Positions 22,006-32,277 of a DNA stretch of 33,272 nt are shown here, piece after piece. Where the stretch lies: positions 18,851,348-18,884,619 of the forward strand of contig NC_068981.1 of the NCBI RefSeq assembly GCF_001194135.2. The letters run 5' to 3'. Each line of letters begins with the position of its first letter. The stretch's first letter is position 1. The notes beneath the pieces are model-generated. The model did not search any database and was not told the DNA's origin. It worked only from the letters and a program-made list of their open reading frames with translations. The stretch is from Octopus bimaculoides (Eukaryota). The translations under genes were made by a program, and so were the position numbers.

Positions 22006-22574
22006 ACAATAAATGACTATATATATCTCAAATAGTCTAACATATTATATATGTTAGACTATTTCTTTTTTTTTTTTAATATATTAACTAGTCTGTCTCA
22101 GTTAATAATGTTTACACAAAGCAACGGACCTATAGTTTTCTGCTATGTCAATGATTTAATTCTTGATTGCAAAATTCATCCATGCTATAGTAAACCAATT
22201 TGGTATATGAATGTTATGATATTTGGTATATCATATCAATGGCTTTCTGCAAAAAGTTGGCTTGTTGTACCAGTATCCAACTATTAGATCTCTTTCAAGT
22301 GCCTTCCAATTATGTAGTTTGTCTACAGCTATAGAGAAAGCTTTGCAGCCATTTGTGTATATTTGATTGTTGATGTTGGAACAGTATTCTTTCCTAAATC
22401 AATTTAGTATGATGCATTAAGGTTGAAATCTCTCTTTTCAATCCAGATTTTAGTCAAGAGTGATTCAAGATTTTCTCAAGAGGTGTCTTTCATAACAGTA
22501 ATGATTTCTTTCCTCATTTCCCTGTATAATACCTGTGGGTTGGAAGGAGATGTGTGATTTATAATGGCTTGCTC

Positions 22575-23385
22575 AAAAACAAAGGTCATAGTAAGTAGGA
22601 AGGCAGACAAATCACAAATCCCCTCAGGTAGATAGCCCTACTCCATCTGTAGAAAAGGTGTAGGTAGAAACTCCATAAGATGCACCTGGTGTAAGCTTTG
22701 GACACACAAAAGGTACAGCAACATCAAAAGAAGGTTAACAGAGAAACTAACTTTTGTATGTGGAAGGTGCTCAAGCATGATAAATGCTGAACATGAGCGG
22801 AAAATAGACTCCATCAACTGCCAGGGGGAAAGCTAGAGGAAGTAGATAGCTTCCAGTATCTAGGCAACCAGGTTAGTAGTGGAGGTGGTTGTCCCGAGAG
22901 CATAGTCGTGAGAATAAGATTAGGTTGGGCAAAGTTCAGAGAGCTCCTACCCCTGCTGGCAACAAAGAGTTTCTCTCTCTCAGAGTGAAAGACAGATTGT
23001 TTGATGCCTGTGTGCAAACAGCTATGCTGCATTGCAGTGAAACATGGGCTGTGACAGCCAAGGACATGTGTAGGCTTGAGAGAAATGAAGCCAGTATGCT
23101 TTCACTGGATGTACAATGTCAGCATGCATGTTCTTTTGAGAGAAAAGTTATGCATAAGAAGCATCAGATATGGTGTGCAAGAGAGGCAACTGCACTGGTA
23201 TGGCCATGTGATGTGTATGGAGGAGGACAGTTGTGTAAAGAATTGCCAGTCTCTAACTGTGTAGGGAACCTGTGGTAGAGGGAGATCCAGGAAGACATGG
23301 GATGAGGTGGTGAAGCATGATCTTTGAACTTTGAACCTCACAGAGGCAATGACTAGTGACTAAGACCTTTGGTGATGTCTGTATC
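22575..23385 (+). pseudogene. Decayed RTE-clade LINE, post-RT C-terminal part
   Basis: KTKVIV..SICRKGVGRNSIRCTWCKLWTHKR..CGRC, VDSFQYLG, RIRLGWAKFRELLPLL, LHCSETWA, LHWYGHVM, RGRSRKTWDEVVKHDL, with frameshifts and stops. Confidence 0.92.
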
Positions 23386-23680
23386 ATTGTGACTTACTGA
23401 GAGGAGGAAAGAAGTTTTCATGAGTCTCACTTCTGGGCATCTCAGACATGTCTGAGGAAGAGGATACAGTATGCTTGTACTGATGATCAAATATTGAAAA
23501 CATACAAAAGAATTGGCTCTGCTAAAAATCCCTGTTGAACCAGGTGACAGATTTAAGTCTACTACAAGAGTGGCCACAGAGGAATATTGTTGACTACCAT
23601 AACTGCAGCAGTTCTAATAAAAAACAAACATGTTGTGATGCAATAGTGACATAGTATTTCTTATAACTTCTGATTTTCAG

Positions 23681-23727
23681 ATGTAAGAATGGAAACACTT
23701 TCATTCTGAGACATTTGAGTGGCACTT
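23681..23727 (+). other. Candidate 47-nt exon (unverified)
   Basis: tgattttcag acceptor, gtaagt donor; one open frame (CKNGNTFILRHLSGT). Confidence 0.25.
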
Positions 23728-24220
23728 GTAAGTTGTTAACTGGGAAATCTGACATAAAGAGCTTAAGTTATCATAGGAAATCTCTCACTAACAGATTAAA
23801 ACATCATTCTTGACCCCCCCAAGACCCTCCTCTACTTATTGAAAACAAAAGAAGGATACGTCATGATCAGTGACATTGCATGTGACATTTTCAGAGGTTG
23901 TTTCTAGAATTTTTGATTTCAAAACAAACAAATGACTTCATCCTTTTGAAATGGCAATGAAAAGTGTGTCTCACTAAAACCTGAAGACATAATGACGCAA
24001 GAAGCTAATATGGATATTGAATGTCTATGAAGCTTATTTCTATGACTTATTGATATTTCCATATAGCAGAAAATATGACACCACTAAGGGAAAGGTGAGA
24101 AAGAAAAGAAAGGGTGGGTGAGAGATAGAAAGAAGAGGATGTAGGATTTCTAAGAAGAGACTGTGATGGTGCTTTTTTTTTTTGGTTTGTTTATTTTTGT
24201 TTCGTGTTGTTTTGTTGCAG

Positions 24221-24263
24221 AACAGCACTGTTGAGTTAGAGATCAAAAACAAACATTTCTAAG
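24221..24263 (+). other. Candidate 43-nt exon, stops in all frames (UTR or lncRNA type; unverified)
   Basis: About 45-nt U-rich tract ending ttgcag; AAG|gtaaga donor. Confidence 0.35.
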
Positions 24264-24839
24264 GTAAGAAATATCATGTTTAATATTTGTCATGCCATGA
24301 TATTTATGTATTATCAACTGATGGGACAGAATTCGACCATGATTTACTGCTTCATGTTTTGGGGATTTTCTTTTCTGTTTTTTTGAAATATTGCTTTATT
24401 TTGTAAATTGTAAAAGATAGAGAAAATTATATGGATTGCTTAAAATCTCTTGGCATCACAATACTGATGTTTTGAGAAAGTGATAATTTGACAAATCAGA
24501 TGTTAGAGAATGGCTGATTCTAGTAAGAGGTAATCCTGGCTCTATTCTGAAATTATACCCCAACCAAAACAAAACAAAACAAAACAAAAAAAAAATACAA
24601 AAAAGGTAAATCTAATTCAGTCCAACAAATAGATGAATCTGTTGATATTAGTTCAATAGTTTTGCGCCAACAAGGGAAGCTTTTACACATTCATACAACT
24701 GGTTAGAAAAAATAACAGCTAAACCTCTCTTGCACGCTACACTACTGCCTGAAAAAAAATGGGAAAATTAGAGGTCTTGTAAACTAGGGGTAATGAGTTC
24801 AATCCTCACTAGGGCTTCTGCTAGAACTTCTTTTCTGAT

Positions 24840-25005
24840 AGGTGCAAGCATGGCTGTGTGCTTGCTTTGTAGTTTCATGGTTTTGGATTCAGTACCACAG
24901 AGGGGTACTTTGGGTAAGTGCCTTCTATTAAAGTCCGGGTCGACCAATGCCATGTGAGTGAATTTGGTAAATGGAAACTGTGTGGAAGCCTCACACACAC
25001 ACACA
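24840..25005 (+). mobile_element. Old family B SINE 5' half
   Basis: aggtgcaagcatggctgtgtg...ttcagtaccac..ttgggtaagtgccttct..ggaaactg..gaagcc followed by (AC)n. Confidence 0.75.
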
Positions 25006-25039
25006 TGTGCAATTGTTAATCCGGCAATGTCTTTTCCTC

Positions 25040-25222
25040 TCTCTTCATTTTATTCCCTCTCTCCATCGCTTTTCTTTCCAGGTTCCTTTCTATAGAAGAG
25101 CTTAGAGTCAAAGCATCAAAGACTCTTCCATTTTTTCCTGAGCATCAAACTAATTACACCTGATCATTGTTCCCTCACCTGTCTCTGTGTCTTTTGTTTT
25201 TGTTTTTATGTGCAGTTTTGAG
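25040..25222 (+). mobile_element. Degenerate relative of the 13502-13705 element
   Basis: Pyrimidine tract, gaagagc..aaagact segment, T-rich 3' part ending in tatata; hammerhead core destroyed. Confidence 0.3.
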
Positions 25223-25236
25223 TTATATATTTATAT

Positions 25237-25570
25237 ATCATCATCATCATCATCATCATCATTGTCATCGTCGTTGTCGTCGTCATCATCAATTACCATC
25301 TGCTTTCCATGCTGGCATGAGTTAGAAGGTTTGACTGGAGCTGGTAAGCCACAGAGCTATACCAGGCTGCGCTCTGATTTTGGCTTGGTTTCTACTGCTG
25401 GATTCCCTTCCTAATGCCAGCCACTCCACTGAGTGTAGTGTGTCCCTTTTACGTGTCACTGGCATGAGTGCCTTTTACATGTCACCGGCACAGGTGCCTT
25501 TTACATGTCACCGGTATAGGTGCCTTTTTATGTCACTGGTATGAGTGCTTTTTCAATGTGTCACCAGTAT
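25237..25570 (-). mobile_element. Old family A variant ending in a 26-bp minisatellite
   Basis: (ATC)n, ctttccatgctggcatg, cccttcctaatgccagccact, then five ~26-bp units at 25445-25570. Confidence 0.8.
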
Positions 25571-25670
25571 ATATAAGTATATATGTAGCATGTATGCATG
25601 TATGTGTGTGTGTATGTTTGTGTGTGTATGTGTGTGTGTGTGTGTGTATGTGTGTGTGTGTGTGTGTGTG

Positions 25671-25871
25671 TTTATGTTTTTCTTTGTCCCCTACAACCAC
25701 TTAACAACCAGTGTAGGTTTGTTTATATCTTAAGGTCTGGCAAAAAGAAAAAAAAATAAGTACCAGACATAAAAACAGGTCCTGGGGTCCATTTGTTTAA
25801 CTAAACAAACTGGGGCAGTGCTCCAGCATGGCCACATTCCAATGACTGAAGCAAGTAAAAGCTAAAAAGAT
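25671..25871 (+). mobile_element. Old family B SINE 3' half
   Basis: gtcctggggtccatttg..gcagtgctccagcatggccac..aatgactgaagcaagtaaaag. Confidence 0.8.
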
Positions 25872-26289
25872 AATGTTGTTCTAGATTATATAAACAAAGA
25901 TAGAATGATCAAGTCTGGAACATCTTTGATCACAATATCTGGTCAATAAGTGTTGATCTAGGTTTAAACAACAGGATGACTTGAACTCTGTTTAATAAAG
26001 AAACACTTCTGGTTTTTTGAGAGATATTGATTCTTTGAATCTTTTTTTTTTTTTCACATCTGGAGGCCATTATTTCTATCTCATGCCACTTTGACCATTT
26101 TCAAAGCTGTGCCACTGCTATGGTCTTTAAATTTCATGAAAGAATGACCTCTAATGACCCTTTTACACACCCCCAAATTTGATATTGTAAATCCCTTAAA
26201 CCGAAATCTATCTAATCAGCCTCTCTAACCATTTTACACAGTTTCCATTAATTAAAGAAATATTTAATTGATCAATTGTAACATATGTT

Positions 26290-26512
26290 TAATAGTGTGT
26301 GTGCATGTATAAATATGTGTTTGTGTATGTGTGTGTGTATATATATTTACATGTGTATGTGCATGTGTATGATTGTGCATCATTACACATATGTATATGT
26401 GTATGTACATATCTGTATTTGTATGTATGTGCATGTATGTGCTTGCATGTGTATGTATATCTGTGTGTGTGTATAGGCATGTCCATGTATGTGCATGATT
26501 ATGTGAATGAGT
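26290..26512. repeat. Degenerate (TG)/(TA) alternating microsatellite (similar tract at 31228-31330)
   Basis: Direct inspection. Confidence 0.9.
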
Positions 26513-27195
26513 GATTATCAGTGCAATATTGTTACCAAATATTTTTCATTTTTCTTTTTAGATGTTAATTGTTTAAGAAGTTTGATAGTATGGTCTTGTC
26601 CAAGAAAGAGACTGGACAGTGTTTTGTCTGGAAATTATTTTATATTTATTGATTTTACAATAAAGATTTGAAGAATTTGTTCAACTTATTTAAAGAGAGT
26701 GCTATTTACACAGGGCAGTTAATGATAAGCTTGCTGAGATCAATAACTCTCAATATTTGCACATTCGCTGATAATTTATTGATCGTTATGGAAAATCACA
26801 GTTAAAATGCATATTTATATTTTCACTCTGCAAATATTAATTGAAAAATTAAATTAATAATTCATTTTCTTTGGTGATATTTGAAAACATTAGAAACTTG
26901 TAGTTATCTGCAACAGATTGAGGTCAGTGCAGGAATTCAAAGTCTAAACAGAATCATTGAAAACATTTGACAGAAGTGCTAGATTTCAGTCGATGGTGCT
27001 GCTGACGGTTGATATTGGAGAGCGTTGAGGAGATGTTATGATTTATTTGGTATCTAACTATTTGCAAGTTCAAATCCTACCATGGTAGATCTTCCCTTTC
27101 TGGAAGCAACAATAAAACAGGTCCCAGTAATGTATTGAAGTTCATTTAAATAATTATAACACTTTTCTACAAAATAGAAATGTTTTATTTTTCAG

Positions 27196-27226
27196 CCAGA
27201 CTGGTATTCTCTTTAACACTTCTGAG
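27196..27226 (+). other. Candidate 31-nt exon (unverified)
   Basis: gttttatttttcag acceptor, GAG|gtaaga donor; two open frames. Confidence 0.25.
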
Positions 27227-27262
27227 GTAAGATTCTAATATGTAGATGTTATTATTGTTATT

Positions 27263-27560
27263 TATATATATATATATAAAATTGAGAATGTATGTGTGTG
27301 TGTGTGTGTGTATGTTTGTGTGAATCCCTAAAACTCCAGAACTATACAACCAATTTCATTCAAATTTTACACATGCCTTACTTAGGGTCCCGGTTGTGTT
27401 TTAGTCAAAAAAAAAAATTTTAACTTCTTGCATACTTCCAGCCCACAGCAATATCATATCTCCTCCACTATTTAAGTATTACGTGTCAAAAGTGAAACGA
27501 AAACACTCATGTCAATTCGAACCGGAATCTCAAAAATATTGTCCCCTTACATCTCATTCT
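27263..27560 (+). mobile_element. Possible non-autonomous Helitron 5' portion
   Basis: tatatataaaa start, internal (TG)n, then aaaactc..gaacta..aaccaatttcattcaaatttt; this layout resembles invertebrate non-autonomous Helitrons (recognition only). Confidence 0.45.
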
Positions 27561-27617
27561 CATTTAGGTACCATGACAGGCAAATTAAAATTACTTGTCA
27601 TTTATAAGATAGTGAAA

Positions 27618-28800
27618 GATGGCAAGCTGGCTGAATCATTAGCATGCCAGACAAAATGCTAAAGTGACATTTCATCTGTCTTCATGTTCTGAGTTCAAAT
27701 CTGCTGAAATAGGCTTTAGTTTTAAGTACCAGTTGAGTATTGGGGGTTGATGTAATGGATTTGCTTCCTCCCACTGAAACCTTCAGTCTTTGTGCCTATA
27801 GCAGAAATGGTTATTTATAAGGAAGTGGCAGAATTGTCAGTTGTCAGACAAAATGCTTTGTGGCATTTCTTCTGACTCTCCATATTCTGAGTTCAAATTC
27901 CACTTAGGTTCAGTTTGCTTTTTAATTTTTTTTTTTTTTTTTTTGAGCAAATATCATAAGTACCAGCTGAGCAATGGGGCCAATGCAATCAGCTGGCAAA
28001 ATCGTTAGTAGATCAGACAAAATGGTTAGCAGCATTTTCTTTGTGCTCTTTATGTTCTGAGTTCAAATTCTGCCAAAGTTGACTTTGATTTCATCCTTTC
28101 AGGGTGAACAAAATAAAGTACAACTCAAGCTCTGAGTCTGATGCAATCAACTACTACTCCCCCCACCCAAATTAAAAACCTTGAGCTTTATTAAAACCAG
28201 TTATTATTATCATTTATTAATAAAGTACCAGTCAAGTACTGGGCTCAATGTAATTGATTAACCCCGTCCCCCTAAAATTACTGGACATCCACCAAAATTT
28301 GAAACAGTTATTATTATTATTCATTGTTGCCAAGACAACAAGCTGGCAGAATTGTTTTCACACCAAAAGCAGCGAGCTGGCAGAAACGTTAGCACACCGG
28401 GCAAAATGCTTAGCGGTATTTCGTCTGCCGTTACATTCTGAGTTCAAATTCTGCCGAGGTCGACTTTGCCCTTTCATCCTTTCGGGGTCGATAAACTAAG
28501 TACCAGTTACTCACTGGGGTCGATGTAATCGACTTAATTTCTTTGTCTGTCCTTGTTTGTTCCCTCTATGTAGCCCCTTGTGGGCAATAAAAAAATAAGA
28601 ATTGTTTGCACACCAGGCAAAATGCTTAACAGCCTTTTGTTTGCCTTTATGTTCTGAATTCAAATTCCACTGAGGTTAACTTTGCCTTTCAACCTTTCAG
28701 GGTTGATGAATTAAGTAACATTTAAGCACTGGGGTTGATGTAATCAACTACGCTCCTCTGCCCCAAATTTCAGGCCTTGTTCCTATAGTAGGAAGGATTA
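27618..28800 (+). mobile_element. Cluster of about six same-orientation family C SINEs, one nested
   Basis: ttctgagttcaaat-type B box at about 27688, 27886, 28056, 28437 and 28654; additional 3' fragment at 28219-28320. Confidence 0.85.
28366..28597 (+). mobile_element. Young family C variant with a different 3' tail, inserted in an older C copy
   Basis: CpG-rich; 18-bp TSD agaattgttt(t/g)cacacca at 28348-28365 / 28598-28615. Confidence 0.9.
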
Positions 28801-28823
28801 TTTATTGTTACCAAGGCAGTATG

Positions 28824-29115
28824 AAGTCACGTGGCTCAATGGTTAGAGCATTGGACTTATAATTGTGAGGTTGTGTGTTTGATTCCCAGACTGGGCTGTG
28901 TGTTGTGTTCTTGAGCAAAACACTTTATTTCATGCTACACTGCTTCACTTAGCTATAGAAATAAGCTATGATGTCACTGGTGCCAAGCTGCATCAGCCTT
29001 TGCATTTCCCTTGGACAGCATCAGTGGTGTAGAGAATGGAGGCTGGTATGCATGGGCGACTGCTGGTCTTCCATGAATAACCTTGCCTGGACTTGTGCCT
29101 CGCAGGGGAACTTTC
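28824..29115 (+). mobile_element. Family F tRNA-headed SINE with CORE-like segment
   Basis: tggctcaatggttagagc (A box), tttgattccc (B-box-like), gtgttcttgagcaaaacacttt. Confidence 0.7.
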
Positions 29116-29143
29116 GTGACTGAAGGGTTTTTTTTCTTTCACT

Positions 29144-29262
29144 GAGGTAGTGAGCTGGCAACATCATTAGAGCATCTGAAAAAGTACTGAATGGTATTTG
29201 GCTGAAGTTTTTACATCCTGAATTCAAATCCCACTGAGGTGAACTTCACCTTTCATCCCTTC
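29144..29262 (+). mobile_element. Family C SINE 5' part
   Basis: gtgagctggca..ctgaattcaaatccc..cctttcatcc. Confidence 0.7.
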
Positions 29263-29587
29263 TTCAATAGTATTGTTTACATAAACATACTCATATATAA
29301 AATGTTGTAACTTTCAGTGCTGGCTCTAAATTCTATAGAATATCTGTAGAAATGACTTTAAAGGGTGATTGAATTGCACTGCTAACACAGGTAGGACACA
29401 ATATAGACTTATAGGTCTTTTGCATACTTGGATGGATATTATGGTTAGATAATGAAAGATGGTGTCCCTATTAGCAATTAGTATGATAAAATAAGTTCTG
29501 TTCGGATACTAGGGTTGATGATTTTGATGAAAGCCCTCCCTTAAAAATTGCTGGCTTTTTGCATAAATTAGAAGCATTTATTATTAT

Positions 29588-29890
29588 AGGGTGGCCAGCT
29601 GGCTGTATCGTTAGAATATCTGAAAAATGACATGAAATATTTTGCGGGACTGCCCGAAAAGCCGCTCGCTGCCGCCAGTCAGCAACGAGCATTGGCAACC
29701 TACCCGACCCATTTTGAAATACAGACTGAGGAGTTGAAACACTTAGAGTGTGAAGAACTGAGCTCAAATTCTGCCAAACTCAACTGTCATCCATTTGGAA
29801 TTGATAAACTAAGGTACCAATCAAGGACTGAGATCAAGGGTACCAACTAACCCCCTCCCCTTAAAACGGTGGCCTTGCACCTAAATCAGA
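29588..29890 (+). mobile_element. Family C SINE carrying a ~110-nt foreign insert
   Basis: Head at 29588-29643; ctgagctcaaattc resumes at 29758. Confidence 0.7.
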
Positions 29891-29937
29891 AACAATTATT
29901 ACGATTATTTGAAGCATCCCACCCTGGTGTCACGCAG

Positions 29938-30137
29938 ATAGCACCTGTGCTGGTGGCACGTAAAAAACACCCAGTATACTCTTGGAGTGGTTGTCGTTAG
30001 GAAGGGCATCCAGCCATAGAAAACCATGCCAAATCAGACTGGAGTCTGGTGCGGCCTTCTTCCAGTGGGCCAGCCTGGTCAAACCAACCAACCCATGCCA
30101 GCATGGACAATGGATGTTAAATGATGATGATGATGAT
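29938..30137 (+). mobile_element. Older family A variant
   Basis: gtggcacgtaaaaaacaccc..ttaggaagggcatccagcc..ccaacccatgccagcatgg..(tga)n. Confidence 0.85.
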
Positions 30138-30149
30138 TAGGTGCGGGGG

Positions 30150-30525
30150 GAGTGGGTTGGCAGAATCAGGGGTGTGTTAGACAAAATTCTTTGCAGTATT
30201 TGTGCTGGTTCTGTACACTCTGAGTTCAAATCCTACTGAAGTCAACTTTACCTAGTACATTCTGTAAAGTGGTTGGTGTCAGAAAGGGCATCCAGCCATA
30301 GCAATTGTACCAGACAAGACAAATGAAACCTGTTGCAGCTGTCCGGCTTGCCAGCTTTGGTCAAACGGTCCAACCCATGCCAGCATGGAAAACAGACATT
30401 AAATGAGGATGATTGATGAGGTCAATAAAATAAAGTATCAGCCAAGTGTTGAGATCAATTCAGTCATCTATGTCCCACCCCTAAATCTGAGACTTTGCAC
30501 TTCTGTTAAAATTACTGTTATTTTT
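30150..30525 (+). mobile_element. Family C SINE interrupted by a family A fragment (30255-30417)
   Basis: C head and B box to gtcaacttt; A body and tail; C resumes at gaggtcaataaaataaagta. Confidence 0.75.
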
Positions 30526-30809
30526 ATTGGTCATCAGCACACAAACCACAAATCATTTGTGTTCAGCAAACTATAGAAAATACCAGAAGTACACACTTGA
30601 ATAAGATACTGTTATTATTAGCTACTATGTTCATTAGTTGACCATCAATCAAAAGAGTTGCTCACTTTTCAATTTTCCTCACTTCAAAGAAGCAGAAATT
30701 TTTTTTGTGTGATTTTTTGATTTTTTTTTTTTTACTTTATTTATTTTGCTTTGAAAAGGCTATTTTGAAATTTAACAAAAACAAAAAATAAATAAATAAA
30801 AGCCAAACA

Positions 30810-31041
30810 GACAGGCATGGCTGTGAAGTTAAGAAGTTTGCTTTGTAGCTAAGTGATTCCATGTTCAGTTGCCCCACTTGGCACTTTGGGCAGCAACTTT
30901 GGGCAATTTCCATCTACCAAATTTACTCTCAAGACATTGATGAATTCAGGACTTAGTATAAGCTATAGTAGAAAACACTGGCCCAAGGTGCTAAACAGGG
31001 ACACTAAATATGGAATTATGTGGTTTCAAGGCATGCCTGTC
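30810..31041. mobile_element. Two convergent family B 5' fragments
   Basis: Plus head at about 30810-30890, minus head at about 30906-31041; outer 10-bp inverted repeat gacaggcatg / catgcctgtc. Confidence 0.65.
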
Positions 31042-32277
31042 CATGTTTTTAAATTTCAAAACACACTTTCAAAAGCAAGAAAAAAAAGTGAAGAAAGGAT
31101 CACAAATAAATTCTACTCCTTTGAAAATGAGCAACTCTCAAACATGTCAACTAATGACTACAGCAACCAATAATAATTGTTACTTACTCAGATGTATACC
31201 ACCCTCCTAAAGTTAACCACTTTATGGAGTATATTGGGTATATGTTTATATGTGAGTGTGTGCACATGTATGTGTGTGTGTGTGTGTGTACAAGTGTGTG
31301 CACATATGTGTCACTGTGTGAACGTGTGCATTCTGTAGTCATATGGAAAAGCATTGAATTGTGGTTGGTGTTCTCTATTGTCATGTTCTTATCAAGAAAT
31401 TCTTTGGTAGCTCTGTGCTTTTGAAGATGAGCAGAATGAAATCGCCTTTATTTGGAAAAGAGATTAGGGTTAACTGCCTGGAATGGCATCATCTGATAGA
31501 CACTAGTTCAACAATATATACTCTTTAAACCATTTAGCTTTTAAAACAAAAACAGACGTAAAACAAAAGAATAAAGACATTTTGGTAGTAGCTAAAAGTG
31601 GAGAGAACATAATGGAGTGATGAACCTATGCAATAATGTAATAACCATCATCACCCCTCTCTCACTGCCATTGCTTTTGACAGAACACTGTCAAAAGTGT
31701 TGACACTTTTGACAATGGTTTTGTCACCCGTCTCATCACTGTCACAGTGAACATAATCATCAATGTGTTGGTAGAATGTCTGCATTAGCATTTTATAGTG
31801 GTTTACTGGTGGACATGAGAGATAAAAAAGTACAAGAGAAGACATTCTCAGGGAGGCCTTAGGCACCAACAATGGCCAGTAATTTTGTCTCTTCCAGAGG
31901 ACTTTGGCTTTGGGACTATGGTCAATTTTAAGAAATCTCTGGCCTATCAGTGCTAATGGTGAATATTACCAGTTAAGGATAAACTCTACAACTGAACATG
32001 TCAAAGACAGGTAGAGAGATTGGAAACCTCTTGCCAAACTTTTTTTTTTGAGTTGTAAAGTCTTAAGTGATGTCTGAACATTACTGACCTGTAAAGATAT
32101 CTCTTTTCTTTTACTCTCTTCTACTTGGTGCTATTTACATGCCTCTGGCATGGAAGCCAGACGGTGCTGTTAGTGCTCCACTGGCACAAGTTTGGTTCAA
32201 TTACGAGTTCGATCATCATCATCATCATCATCATTATTATTATTATTATTATTATTATTGTTATTATTGTTATTATT

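Noticed and set aside
22889-23278. 129-aa ORF and the ORFs at 2885-3205 and 3531-3779 as host genes
   Set aside because: They are frameshifted pieces of the RTE LINE remnants.
23419-23445. CTGATGA...GAAA hammerhead-like words (also CTGATGA near 6424 and 8206)
   Set aside because: No stem II closes directly before GAAA and there is no stem I/III complementarity.
25445-25570. Regular ~26-bp repeats suggestive of a CRISPR array
   Set aside because: Directly tandem with no unique spacers, no cas genes, eukaryotic context; derived from family A.
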